A stretch of 63,639 nucleotides of DNA, filler included. It is 6 parts of 6 records of this genome, joined end to end, with 100 filler letters (N's around TTAATTAATTAA, not from the genome) between each part and the next. Parts side by side here need not be neighbours in the genome. Positions count along the whole stretch, not along the records: positions 14,919 to 36,462 come from DRR723986_3106; 5 more parts are not named here. The stretch is one strand, 5' to 3'. The stretch's first letter is position 1. Every line of letters starts with the position of its first letter. The translations under genes and the position numbers were made by a program. Below are positions 20,075 through 28,266 of the stretch, piece after piece. A model generated the notes under the pieces. The model was not told where the DNA came from and ran no database searches. It worked only from the letters and a program-made list of their open reading frames with translations.

Positions 20075-21823
20075 ATGAAGAAGCTGTTCCTGGCAGCGTC
20101 CCTGCTGGCGTTGACCGCCTGTGGAGAACAAGCCGCCAAGGTCGACACCGTCCCCGACGCAGAAACCAACGCTATTGCAGCAGCACCGGACCTGCTGATG
20201 CCGCTTCCGGAAGATACGGTGGCTGATATTTCGGCCGATGATCTGGCAGTTCGTATCAAAACGCTGGCAGACGATACGTTTGAAGGCCGAGGCCCCGGCA
20301 CGCCGACGGGCGAAGCCGCCGCCGACTGGATCGCAGCCGAGATGAACCGGATTGGGCTGGAGCCGGGCGCAGGCAATGGCAGCTACCTTCAGGAAGTTAA
20401 GATGGTGAACCAGACCATCGACCCGTCGGAATCCTATCTGTCGTTCACAGCAGAAGATGGCACGGAAATCCCCACCACACTGAAAGACGATGCCGTAATC
20501 TGGACCAAGCGCCAGAACGCGACCGAACTTTCCTTCGACCCGAGCGACGTCGTTTTTGTCGGCTATGGCGCGGTTGCTCCGGAGTATGACTGGAACGACT
20601 ACGACGATCAGGACTTCACCGGCAAAACGGTGATCATCCTTGTGAACGATCCGGGATTTGCCACGCAGGATCCGGACCTCTTCAAAGGCAAGGCCATGAC
20701 CTATTATGGCCGCTGGACCTACAAGTATGAAGAAGCGGCCCGCCAGAACGCTGCGGCTGCGATCGTCGTCCACGAAACAGCGCCTGCCGCTTATGGCTGG
20801 GACGTGGTCGCGAACTCCTGGTCGGGCGCTCAATCGGATCTCGTGCGCGCAAATGGCGGTGAGGACCGCACCACGATGGAAGCGTGGATCACCCGTGATA
20901 AAGCCGAAGAACTCTTCAAGGCCGCCGGGCTCGATTATGAGACGCTGAAAGATGCCGCAAAGGAACACGGTTTCAAACCGGTGCCGCTCACCGGACTGAA
21001 GGCTCAGGGTGCGATCACCCAGAAGATTGAACCTCTGACCAGCCACAATGTCATCGGCGTACTCCCAGGCCAGAGCACACCGGACGAGTATGTTCTGTAC
21101 ACGGCTCACTGGGATCACCTCGGCAAGAAGTCCGGCGAGAAGACCGGAGCTCCTGGCGAGGACTTCTACCAGGACCAGATCTTCAATGGAGCCGTAGACA
21201 ACGCAACCGGCGCTGCCGCCCTGCTGGAAATTGCCGAAGCCATGGCGGCGCAACCGATCGATCGCTCTGTCATGTTCCTGTCTGTCACACTGGAAGAATC
21301 CGGACTGCTCGGTTCGGAGTATTTCGCCCAGCATCCGACTGTGCCGTTGAACAAGATTGTTGCCGGCATCAACATGGACGGTTCCCTTCCTGTCGGGCGC
21401 ACACACGACATGGTGGTGGTCGGTTATGGCGCTTCGGAACTGGAAGACATGTTGACCGAATACCTCTCCACACAGGACCGGGTCGTGAAGCCTGACCCCA
21501 AACCGGAAGCGGGATCGTTCTATCGCTCGGACCACATTTCGCTCGCCAAGCGTGGCGTGCCGATGCTGTATGCCGATGGCGGTGAAGACAAGTTGGATGG
21601 CGGCATCGCAGCAGGCAAGGCAATCGCTCAAGCCTATAACGAGCAGCGCTACCACAAGCCCATGGACGAATACACCGACGATTGGGACCTTTCCGGCAAT
21701 GTGGAAGACGTCACCGCGCTCTTCGAAGTCGGCAAGTCCATCGCCCAATCCGATGCCTGGCCGACCTGGTATCCCGGCAATGAGTTCGAAGCAGCCCGTA
21801 AGGCCAGCCTAGGCGAAAACTGA
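20075..21823 (+). CDS. M28 family metallopeptidase with PA domain, lipoprotein
   Basis: Lipobox LTAC; AHWDHLG, GAVDNATG, EESGLLGS, NMD, RSDH, YHKP. Confidence 0.94.
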   Translation: MKKLFLAASLLALTACGEQAAKVDTVPDAETNAIAAAPDLLMPLPEDTVADISADDLAVRIKTLADDTFEGRGPGTPTGEAAADWIAAEMNRIGLEPGAGNGSYLQEVKMVNQTIDPSESYLSFTAEDGTEIPTTLKDDAVIWTKRQNATELSFDPSDVVFVGYGAVAPEYDWNDYDDQDFTGKTVIILVNDPGFATQDPDLFKGKAMTYYGRWTYKYEEAARQNAAAAIVVHETAPAAYGWDVVANSWSGAQSDLVRANGGEDRTTMEAWITRDKAEELFKAAGLDYETLKDAAKEHGFKPVPLTGLKAQGAITQKIEPLTSHNVIGVLPGQSTPDEYVLYTAHWDHLGKKSGEKTGAPGEDFYQDQIFNGAVDNATGAAALLEIAEAMAAQPIDRSVMFLSVTLEESGLLGSEYFAQHPTVPLNKIVAGINMDGSLPVGRTHDMVVVGYGASELEDMLTEYLSTQDRVVKPDPKPEAGSFYRSDHISLAKRGVPMLYADGGEDKLDGGIAAGKAIAQAYNEQRYHKPMDEYTDDWDLSGNVEDVTALFEVGKSIAQSDAWPTWYPGNEFEAARKASLGEN

Positions 21824-21883
21824 TCAATCGCCCTCCGCCAGTGCAAACCGGCGGAGGGCACCCTACTTTGGAATCATTCAGGC

Positions 21884-22666
21884 ATGCTTTCGTACCAGCA
21901 CGGCTTTCACGCAGGCAATCGCGCGGACGTGCTGAAACATGCCGTACTTCATGCAATATTGAGCGCCACCTCCAAGCAATCGACCAACATCCTTTATATT
22001 GAAACGCATTCCGGACGCGGACGGTATGATTTAAATAGCGCCCAATCGACAAAAGGCGGGGAAGCAATCGACGGCGTCCTGTCGCTCCTCGATGAAGGTT
22101 CACCCAAACCTGTCCGCCCATGGCTGGACCTCGTCAGAGAACGTGGCGTGAATGATTATCCGGGCTCTCCTGCGCTTGCCCAGCAATTGCTGCCCGCATC
22201 GACCCGCATGATCTTGTTTGAAAAACATCCAACCGAGCACAAGGAACTCGTCAAAGCCCTGGGCGAGGACGACCGGCTGCAAATCAAGCATGCCGATGGC
22301 TATTCAGGCGCACTCAAGCTTTCCCCCCGCAGCAATGAACAGATCGTCTGTTTCGTCGACCCGAGCTACGAAACCAGCCGCGACATCGACGCTCTGGCCC
22401 TGTGGACCCCGCGCGCCCTCAAGCGCTGGCCGAAGGGCATCCTTATTCTGTGGCTTCCACTCTTCAAGGACGGGCGTGAAATCGAGTTCGGAGAGTACCT
22501 GACAGAGCTCGACGATTGTTTCGTGGCGGGTGCCCGCTGGCCGATGGATCCATTGGATGAAGGCGCCCTGGAAGGCTCTGCCATTGTCGCCTATCGCGCG
22601 CCGGGGGCAGCGCGCGACACCTCGCTTAACATTGCCAGTGCATTGCAGTCATGGTGGGCGCGCTGA
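21884..22666 (+). CDS. rlmJ: 23S rRNA (adenine-2030-N6)-methyltransferase
   Basis: MLSYQHGFHAGNRADVLKH, ETHSGRGRY, YPGSP, EKHP, DPSYE. Confidence 0.93.
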   Translation: MLSYQHGFHAGNRADVLKHAVLHAILSATSKQSTNILYIETHSGRGRYDLNSAQSTKGGEAIDGVLSLLDEGSPKPVRPWLDLVRERGVNDYPGSPALAQQLLPASTRMILFEKHPTEHKELVKALGEDDRLQIKHADGYSGALKLSPRSNEQIVCFVDPSYETSRDIDALALWTPRALKRWPKGILILWLPLFKDGREIEFGEYLTELDDCFVAGARWPMDPLDEGALEGSAIVAYRAPGAARDTSLNIASALQSWWAR

Positions 22667-23799
22667 GCGGCGAGCCGCGTCATATCCTGCTGGCGGGTGG
22701 CGGTCACGCGCACGCCGTCGCGCTGCATCAGTTGGCGAAAGACCCGCCGCAGCCGGAGATCCGGCTGACTCTCGTTTCACCATCGACACACAATCTGTAC
22801 AGCGGTGCCCTTCCCGGTGTAATCGCCGGACACTGGCAGGCCGAAGACATTGGCGTCCCACTTCATCCGCTTTGCGGAGCCATCGGCGCTCAGTTCATTC
22901 AGGGCAGAATAGCTGCGATCAATCCAGAATCCCGGACAGCTATCCTGGGATCAGGCGAGACAATTACATTCGACGTGATGAGCCTGGATATCGGGTCCGG
23001 AATTCGCCCATTGGACGTCCCCGGCAGTGATGGCGCGATTGTTCCCGTCCGGCCAATAGCACCCTTTCTGCAGAAATGGGAATCTGCACTGGAACAGATC
23101 AAGGCGGGATCCACTCCTTCCACAATCATCGTCGCCGGGGCGGGACTGGCAGGCATCGAAGTCGCACTCGCCATCCACTATCGTCTTCTGCAGGAAGGCA
23201 TCACCACATCCACGATTCACTTGATCGATCCAGATGATGAAATTGCCGGATCCAGTGCAGCCGTACTACGTCGGAGACTATACCGTGCGTTGGGCCGCTA
23301 CGGCATAAACCTGATGCTGCAAACGAGCATTCGAGCCATTGAGAATGGTTGTGTCACGGTCTCGACAGGCGCCAAAATCGCGGCCACTCTCATCGTGAAC
23401 TGCGCCGGGTCTGCCCCACACGACTGGGTGGCCCACACCGGTCTGAAAACTGCCAACGGACGTATCGAGGTGGATGCCTGCCTGCGTTCCACCAGCCACT
23501 CCCATATCTGGGCGGCTGGCGACACCTCGTATTTTCAGCCCAAACCTCTGGCACCCGCTGGCGTGTTCGCCGTTCGGGCCGGCCCTGTGATTGCGGAGAA
23601 CATTCGCCGTTTTTCGCGGGATAAAGATCTTGCTGAATACCATCCGCAATCAGATTATCTGAAGCTGGTAAGCTTGGGACAAAAACGGGCCGTAGCAGAA
23701 AAATTTGGACTTACTCTCGAAGGCGGCTGGGTGTGGCGCCTCAAGAAATCTATAGATTTTTCATTCCTGCGAGATCACAGCCCGCCGTCGAGCCACTGA
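22651..23799 (+). CDS. FAD-dependent pyridine nucleotide-disulfide oxidoreductase (like the N-terminal domain of SelD fusions)
   Basis: GGGHAH, YSGALPG, LDIGS, GAGLAGIE, WAAGD, AGVFAVRAGP, WVWRLKKSID. Confidence 0.88.
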   Translation: MVGALSGEPRHILLAGGGHAHAVALHQLAKDPPQPEIRLTLVSPSTHNLYSGALPGVIAGHWQAEDIGVPLHPLCGAIGAQFIQGRIAAINPESRTAILGSGETITFDVMSLDIGSGIRPLDVPGSDGAIVPVRPIAPFLQKWESALEQIKAGSTPSTIIVAGAGLAGIEVALAIHYRLLQEGITTSTIHLIDPDDEIAGSSAAVLRRRLYRALGRYGINLMLQTSIRAIENGCVTVSTGAKIAATLIVNCAGSAPHDWVAHTGLKTANGRIEVDACLRSTSHSHIWAAGDTSYFQPKPLAPAGVFAVRAGPVIAENIRRFSRDKDLAEYHPQSDYLKLVSLGQKRAVAEKFGLTLEGGWVWRLKKSIDFSFLRDHSPPSSH

Positions 23800-24939
23800 C
23801 AAAATAGCGTCGGCTGCAATTTCGGCGGACGAGTGACCGCCACCTTGCATCCGCGCAAGGGCTTCCTTCTGTGCCTGCCTCTGCGTGTCCATAAGTTCCG
23901 GATATTTCAGCCATTTGATCGCTGTTTCCGCGATCAGCTCAGGCTTCTGCCGAGTCTGGACGAATTCCGGCACGATTTCCTGATCGTCTGATACGATGTT
24001 CAGCAAAGTGATATGCTGCTTCTTGTAGAGCAGTCCGCGCGCAAGCGCCCAGGTTAGCCAACCCGTCCGGTATGCCACGATCATTGGCGTACCCTGCATT
24101 GCCAGTTCGCTGGTCACAGTACCTGAACACGCCAAAGCCAAGTCTGCTGCAGCCATGGCATCATAACGCTCTTCTGGCGCACGCAGTACTTCAGCCCAGC
24201 CAGAAACATCCGGAAACGCTTCGTCAAACGCCTCAGCCATATTTGCAGCTGGTGAAACGATGATACGGACACCCGGCACGGCTGCAGCAACCTGTTTCGC
24301 AGCCTCAAGCAGCGCTGGGGCGACTTTGGCCAGTTCGCTCCGTCGGCTGCCCGGCAGAACGAGGCAGATCCTCTCGTCCTTTCCAATGCCACGTGCGGCG
24401 CGAAATTTCTGTCCATCTCCCGGGGTGTTCCGCGACAAGGCAGGATTTCCGATAACGGTCGTCGGCAAGCCAAACGGCTCGTAGTAGGGCGCTTCCATGT
24501 CATGCATGCAAAGCAAATGGTCCACTGTCGCCGCCAGCGTCTTCGCCCGGCCAGGCCGAGTTGCCCAAACCTGAGGTCCAATGAGTTTGATCAGCTTTAT
24601 GTCTGGTGCTCGCGCACGGACCCGCTGCGCCACTCGCAACATGAATCCCCATGAATCCACAAGGACAACAGCATCTGGTTGGAATGCAATGATGGCATCA
24701 GCCGCAGCATCCGCCAGCTTTACCACGGTGCCATAGGCCCTGATGCCCTCAGCGAAGCCCAAGATGGAAAGCGGCGAAATATCAAAGGGTGAGTGAATAC
24801 CAACGGATGCGAGTTCCCTGCCCCCGATTCCCGCGAACTGCACATCATCCGCTTTCTGACGGATCTCAACGACCACTTCGCGGGCCAGCAAATCGCCGGA
24901 CGCTTCCCCGGCGACCATGAATACGCGCAATGGCTTCAC
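23761..24939 (-). CDS. lpxB: Lipid-A-disaccharide synthase
   Basis: AGEASGD, PQVWA, LPGSRRSE, SGTVTSE. Confidence 0.96.
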   Translation of the reverse strand: MKPLRVFMVAGEASGDLLAREVVVEIRQKADDVQFAGIGGRELASVGIHSPFDISPLSILGFAEGIRAYGTVVKLADAAADAIIAFQPDAVVLVDSWGFMLRVAQRVRARAPDIKLIKLIGPQVWATRPGRAKTLAATVDHLLCMHDMEAPYYEPFGLPTTVIGNPALSRNTPGDGQKFRAARGIGKDERICLVLPGSRRSELAKVAPALLEAAKQVAAAVPGVRIIVSPAANMAEAFDEAFPDVSGWAEVLRAPEERYDAMAAADLALACSGTVTSELAMQGTPMIVAYRTGWLTWALARGLLYKKQHITLLNIVSDDQEIVPEFVQTRQKPELIAETAIKWLKYPELMDTQRQAQKEALARMQGGGHSSAEIAADAILSVARRRAVISQE

Positions 24940-25781
24940 GAAACTTCGTCCGGTTCAAAACCATAGATGAATACGCCCAACCGGTCAGCGGCAGCTTCCA
25001 TGTCGGCGCGCCGCAGCAGCAACGCCCCGCCTGCCTCGACCGCCAATCCAGCGAGCCCGGCAGCAGCAACAAGCTCCACCGTGGAAACGCCAGTGGTCGG
25101 CAGATCTATTCGGCGCTCCTGATCTGGTTTCGGGCGTTTTGCGAGCACGCCACGGCGTGCGCCTGGTTTACCCCGAATGGCTTCCGGCAGCATGGCGCAG
25201 CGATTCAGCATTTCGTCGGTACCTTCCTGCGCTTCAACGGCAAGGACAAGCCCATCGCAGACCACGCACCCCTGCCCGATGTCGAGCGCACCTGTCGCGG
25301 ACGCGACCTTTGCTGCGGCCCTGATGTCCGACAGATTCTCTTCATTTGGCTCCGGGCCGGCGATCAGTCCTGCCGGGGCAAGCAGCGCTTTATTCGCCTC
25401 CTCGCTGCCAATCACATTGAAGCCATGCTTCTCGAATTCTCTGACCAACACTTTGAGCAGGGCGTCGTCCCCCTTGCGGGCCTCTGAGACCACTTTGGGC
25501 AACAGCATGGCACCCCGCATGTCCAGCTTGAGGTCCTTGAAGTTCGGGCGTTTCACAATTCCCGCGAAGACGACATCCTTGCAACCGGCGGCCTTCAGCC
25601 GTTCGATCACGCCTCCAATTTCTCCGAGACCGACTACCGCACCCGGATATTCGGCGAGCGCCGGCTCTTCGAAGCCCTTCAGACGGAGAACATAGACTCC
25701 CTGCCCGCTTGCGACAGCGTTACTGGCAATGGCGACCGGAAGTTCCCCCAGCCCTGCAATCAGTCCCAGCGGCGCGGTCAT
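24936..25781 (-). CDS. lpxI: UDP-2,3-diacylglucosamine pyrophosphatase LpxI
   Basis: LGLIAGLGELP, GDDALL, DIGQ, AVEAQEGTD, QERRIDLPT; lies between lpxA and lpxB. Confidence 0.94.
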   Translation of the reverse strand: MTAPLGLIAGLGELPVAIASNAVASGQGVYVLRLKGFEEPALAEYPGAVVGLGEIGGVIERLKAAGCKDVVFAGIVKRPNFKDLKLDMRGAMLLPKVVSEARKGDDALLKVLVREFEKHGFNVIGSEEANKALLAPAGLIAGPEPNEENLSDIRAAAKVASATGALDIGQGCVVCDGLVLAVEAQEGTDEMLNRCAMLPEAIRGKPGARRGVLAKRPKPDQERRIDLPTTGVSTVELVAAAGLAGLAVEAGGALLLRRADMEAAADRLGVFIYGFEPDEVS

Positions 25782-25784
25782 CGA

Positions 25785-26576
25785 TCAGGCCGGCTTGCAG
25801 ATCGGCCGGTCTCCGCCTGCCTGAATAAAGGAGACAAGTTCCATGGCGAGCGGCTGGTCCGCGAAATCCTGCGCGGCCTTGGCAAGGCGATCCTTGAACA
25901 GACCTTCGCCGAAAAACACTGCCTTGTAAGCACCGCGGATCTGCATCAGCTGGCCTTTGTCGAAACCGCGCCGCTTGAGACCTACCATGTTCAGGCCGGA
26001 AAGCTTGGCATGATTTCCCACGACGGACCCAAAAGGGATCACGTCTTCGACAACAATTGCACCGCCACCGATGAAAGCATTTCGTCCAATGCGGGAGAAC
26101 TGGTGTACCGCGGCGAGTCCACCGAACCAGACATGGTCACCCACCTCGATGTGTCCGGCCAGCGATACATTGTTCGCCATGACAACGTGATTGCCGATCT
26201 GGTTATCATGAGCGATGTGCGCACCAATCATGATGTAGCAATGATCACCAACTTTCGTCTGGCCACCGAACTTCGGCATGCCCGCGTGGGCAGTGGCATA
26301 TTCGCGGAAGGTGCAGTTCTCGCCCACTTCAAGACGGGACTCCGGCGTGTCTTCGAACCCGATCACCTGTGGACTGCAGCCCAGCGTCGCGTGAGGGAAA
26401 AGCACGCTGTTGCGGCCAATACGGGTATAGCCCGCCACAACTGCATGAGAGTGCAGCTTGCACCCATCGCCGATCTCCGCATTTGCACCGACATGGCAAA
26501 ACGGACCGATCGCGACATCCGTGCCCAGCTGGGCGCCGTCTTCAACGAACGCGGTAGGATGAATCTGTGTCGGCAT
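25785..26576 (-). CDS. lpxA: Acyl-ACP--UDP-N-acetylglucosamine O-acyltransferase
   Basis: IHPTA start, hexapeptide repeats, HIAHD, LAGH, VHQF, GLNMVGLKRRG. Confidence 0.97.
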   Translation of the reverse strand: MPTQIHPTAFVEDGAQLGTDVAIGPFCHVGANAEIGDGCKLHSHAVVAGYTRIGRNSVLFPHATLGCSPQVIGFEDTPESRLEVGENCTFREYATAHAGMPKFGGQTKVGDHCYIMIGAHIAHDNQIGNHVVMANNVSLAGHIEVGDHVWFGGLAAVHQFSRIGRNAFIGGGAIVVEDVIPFGSVVGNHAKLSGLNMVGLKRRGFDKGQLMQIRGAYKAVFFGEGLFKDRLAKAAQDFADQPLAMELVSFIQAGGDRPICKPA

Positions 26577-26614
26577 GGCTGCGTCTCTGAGTTTCAGCGC
26601 GGAGGAAGCGCTGA

Positions 26615-27631
26615 TCAGCTATTTTTCTTCGGGTTTGCCTGTTTCTGCAACCATGCGACTTCACGCATCCACTGGCGAATAGGTTTCGCCGGTGTACCGC
26701 CCCAGGTTTCACCGTCTTCAATATTGCGGAAAAGGCCCGAAGACGCAGCAAGACTGACACCTTCGCCGACCTCAACATGGTCCGCGATACCGACGCGCCC
26801 CCCCAGCATGGACTGGCTGCCGACACGGACCGAACCGGAAATGCCGCCGAATGCTGCCATGACAACAGAGCGGCCGAAAACGACATTGTGCGCGATCTGG
26901 CAAAGATTATCGATTTTGGTGCGCTCGCCGAGGATCGTGTCTTCAAAGACGCCTCTGTCGATACATGTATTGGCGCCAATGGAGACATGATCCTGGAGGA
27001 TCACACGACCGAAATGGGGGGCATCACGCTGGCCGTCAGGGGCAGCAAGCACGCCGAACCCGCTTTCGCCAATGCGCGCGCCAGCGAGCAGCGTCACATG
27101 ATCGCCAACAAGCGCGCAGAACAGACTGGCATTGGCCCCTATCTGACAGTACCGGCCTATCTGAACGCCCGGACCAATCGAGACATTGGGGCCGATCCAA
27201 GTGCCTTCGCCTATGACAGCGCCGGGCCCGACAACCGCCCCTGGAGAAACACGCGCATCCTCATGCACCTGAGCATCAGGCGAGATGCGGGCATCCCCGG
27301 TCCAGTCCAGATGACGCAGCCGGTACATCGCCAAAGCTGCTACGGCATGGGCGTAGCGGGGCAATGGCGCAACCAGTTTTGCCGCGCCTTCCGGCACATG
27401 TTTCAGATTGGCTTTGTTCGTCATGAAGATCCCGGCATTTGCCGAGATCTCGGGAGCGGAATTTCCGTCGCCATCCAGGAAGGCAAGATCGCCGGTCCGG
27501 GCTTTTGCGGCGGAGGCGATGCCCGTCACAGACAGGTCGCGATCCCCATCGAGCGCCGCGCCGGTCAATTCCGCTATCTGGCCAAGCGTCAAAGCCCCCA
27601 ATGGCGCATAGAACCGCGGATCGACCGTCAC
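26615..27631 (-). CDS. lpxD: UDP-3-O-(3-hydroxyacyl)glucosamine N-acyltransferase
   Basis: Hexapeptide repeats, [35 protein letters not shown]. Confidence 0.97.
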   Translation of the reverse strand: MTVDPRFYAPLGALTLGQIAELTGAALDGDRDLSVTGIASAAKARTGDLAFLDGDGNSAPEISANAGIFMTNKANLKHVPEGAAKLVAPLPRYAHAVAALAMYRLRHLDWTGDARISPDAQVHEDARVSPGAVVGPGAVIGEGTWIGPNVSIGPGVQIGRYCQIGANASLFCALVGDHVTLLAGARIGESGFGVLAAPDGQRDAPHFGRVILQDHVSIGANTCIDRGVFEDTILGERTKIDNLCQIAHNVVFGRSVVMAAFGGISGSVRVGSQSMLGGRVGIADHVEVGEGVSLAASSGLFRNIEDGETWGGTPAKPIRQWMREVAWLQKQANPKKNS

Positions 27632-27642
27632 GATATGCTCCG

Positions 27643-28239
27643 TTACTGCGGATTAGCCGGCTGATCCGGAATTTTTTGGCGCGTAACTGTCAGGGTCGGT
27701 GTTGCAGCGTCGAGTTTCTGGATCACCAGAGCCGTCGCATCGATGGAGTCGGCAGTGTAGACCACAGAGCTCTTGGAAACGACCATTTGAGCATTTTTTT
27801 CCTGAATGACCTGAAGCAGGACCGGCTCAAGCGCCTTGTTGAAATTCGCGAGAGCGACGCGTTCTGTCAGGGAGAATTCCTGAGATGCGCGCTGAGCTTT
27901 TGCAGCAAATGCGTTTGCCTTGGCCTGATAGCCGTTCAATTCAGAGACCAGAGCCGCATCGGCATTGACTTGCTCACGCGTCTTGCCAGACAGCTTCGCG
28001 TCCAGGGCCTTACCCTGAGTTTGAAGCGTATTCCGTTCCGGCGTCAGTTCGCCGTTCATTTGCGTTTCGATATTGTTGAGCTTGGTCGCCATATCCTTGC
28101 CAGCTTTGCTGTCGCGAAGGATCTTCACTTCATCAATGGCGATGACATTGCTACCTTGTGCAAGGGCTGCGGGCGCCGTGAAAGCGGCGCTACCGATAAG
28201 CAATGCAAAGGCAAACATGATTTTCTTGAGGTGGGACAT
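27643..28239 (-). CDS. skp: OmpH/Skp family periplasmic chaperone
   Basis: Signal peptide, [12 protein letters not shown], helical body, IDAT..VIQKLD; lies between bamA and lpxD. Confidence 0.85.
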   Translation of the reverse strand: MSHLKKIMFAFALLIGSAAFTAPAALAQGSNVIAIDEVKILRDSKAGKDMATKLNNIETQMNGELTPERNTLQTQGKALDAKLSGKTREQVNADAALVSELNGYQAKANAFAAKAQRASQEFSLTERVALANFNKALEPVLLQVIQEKNAQMVVSKSSVVYTADSIDATALVIQKLDAATPTLTVTRQKIPDQPANPQ

Positions 28240-28266
28240 GCTAGTCTCCATTCTGGGGGCTTGCGA

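Noticed and set aside
18465-21748. 487-aa UDG 'fusion' and 728-aa minus-strand ORF
   Set aside because: The extensions are antisense to the pirin and M28 peptidase genes.
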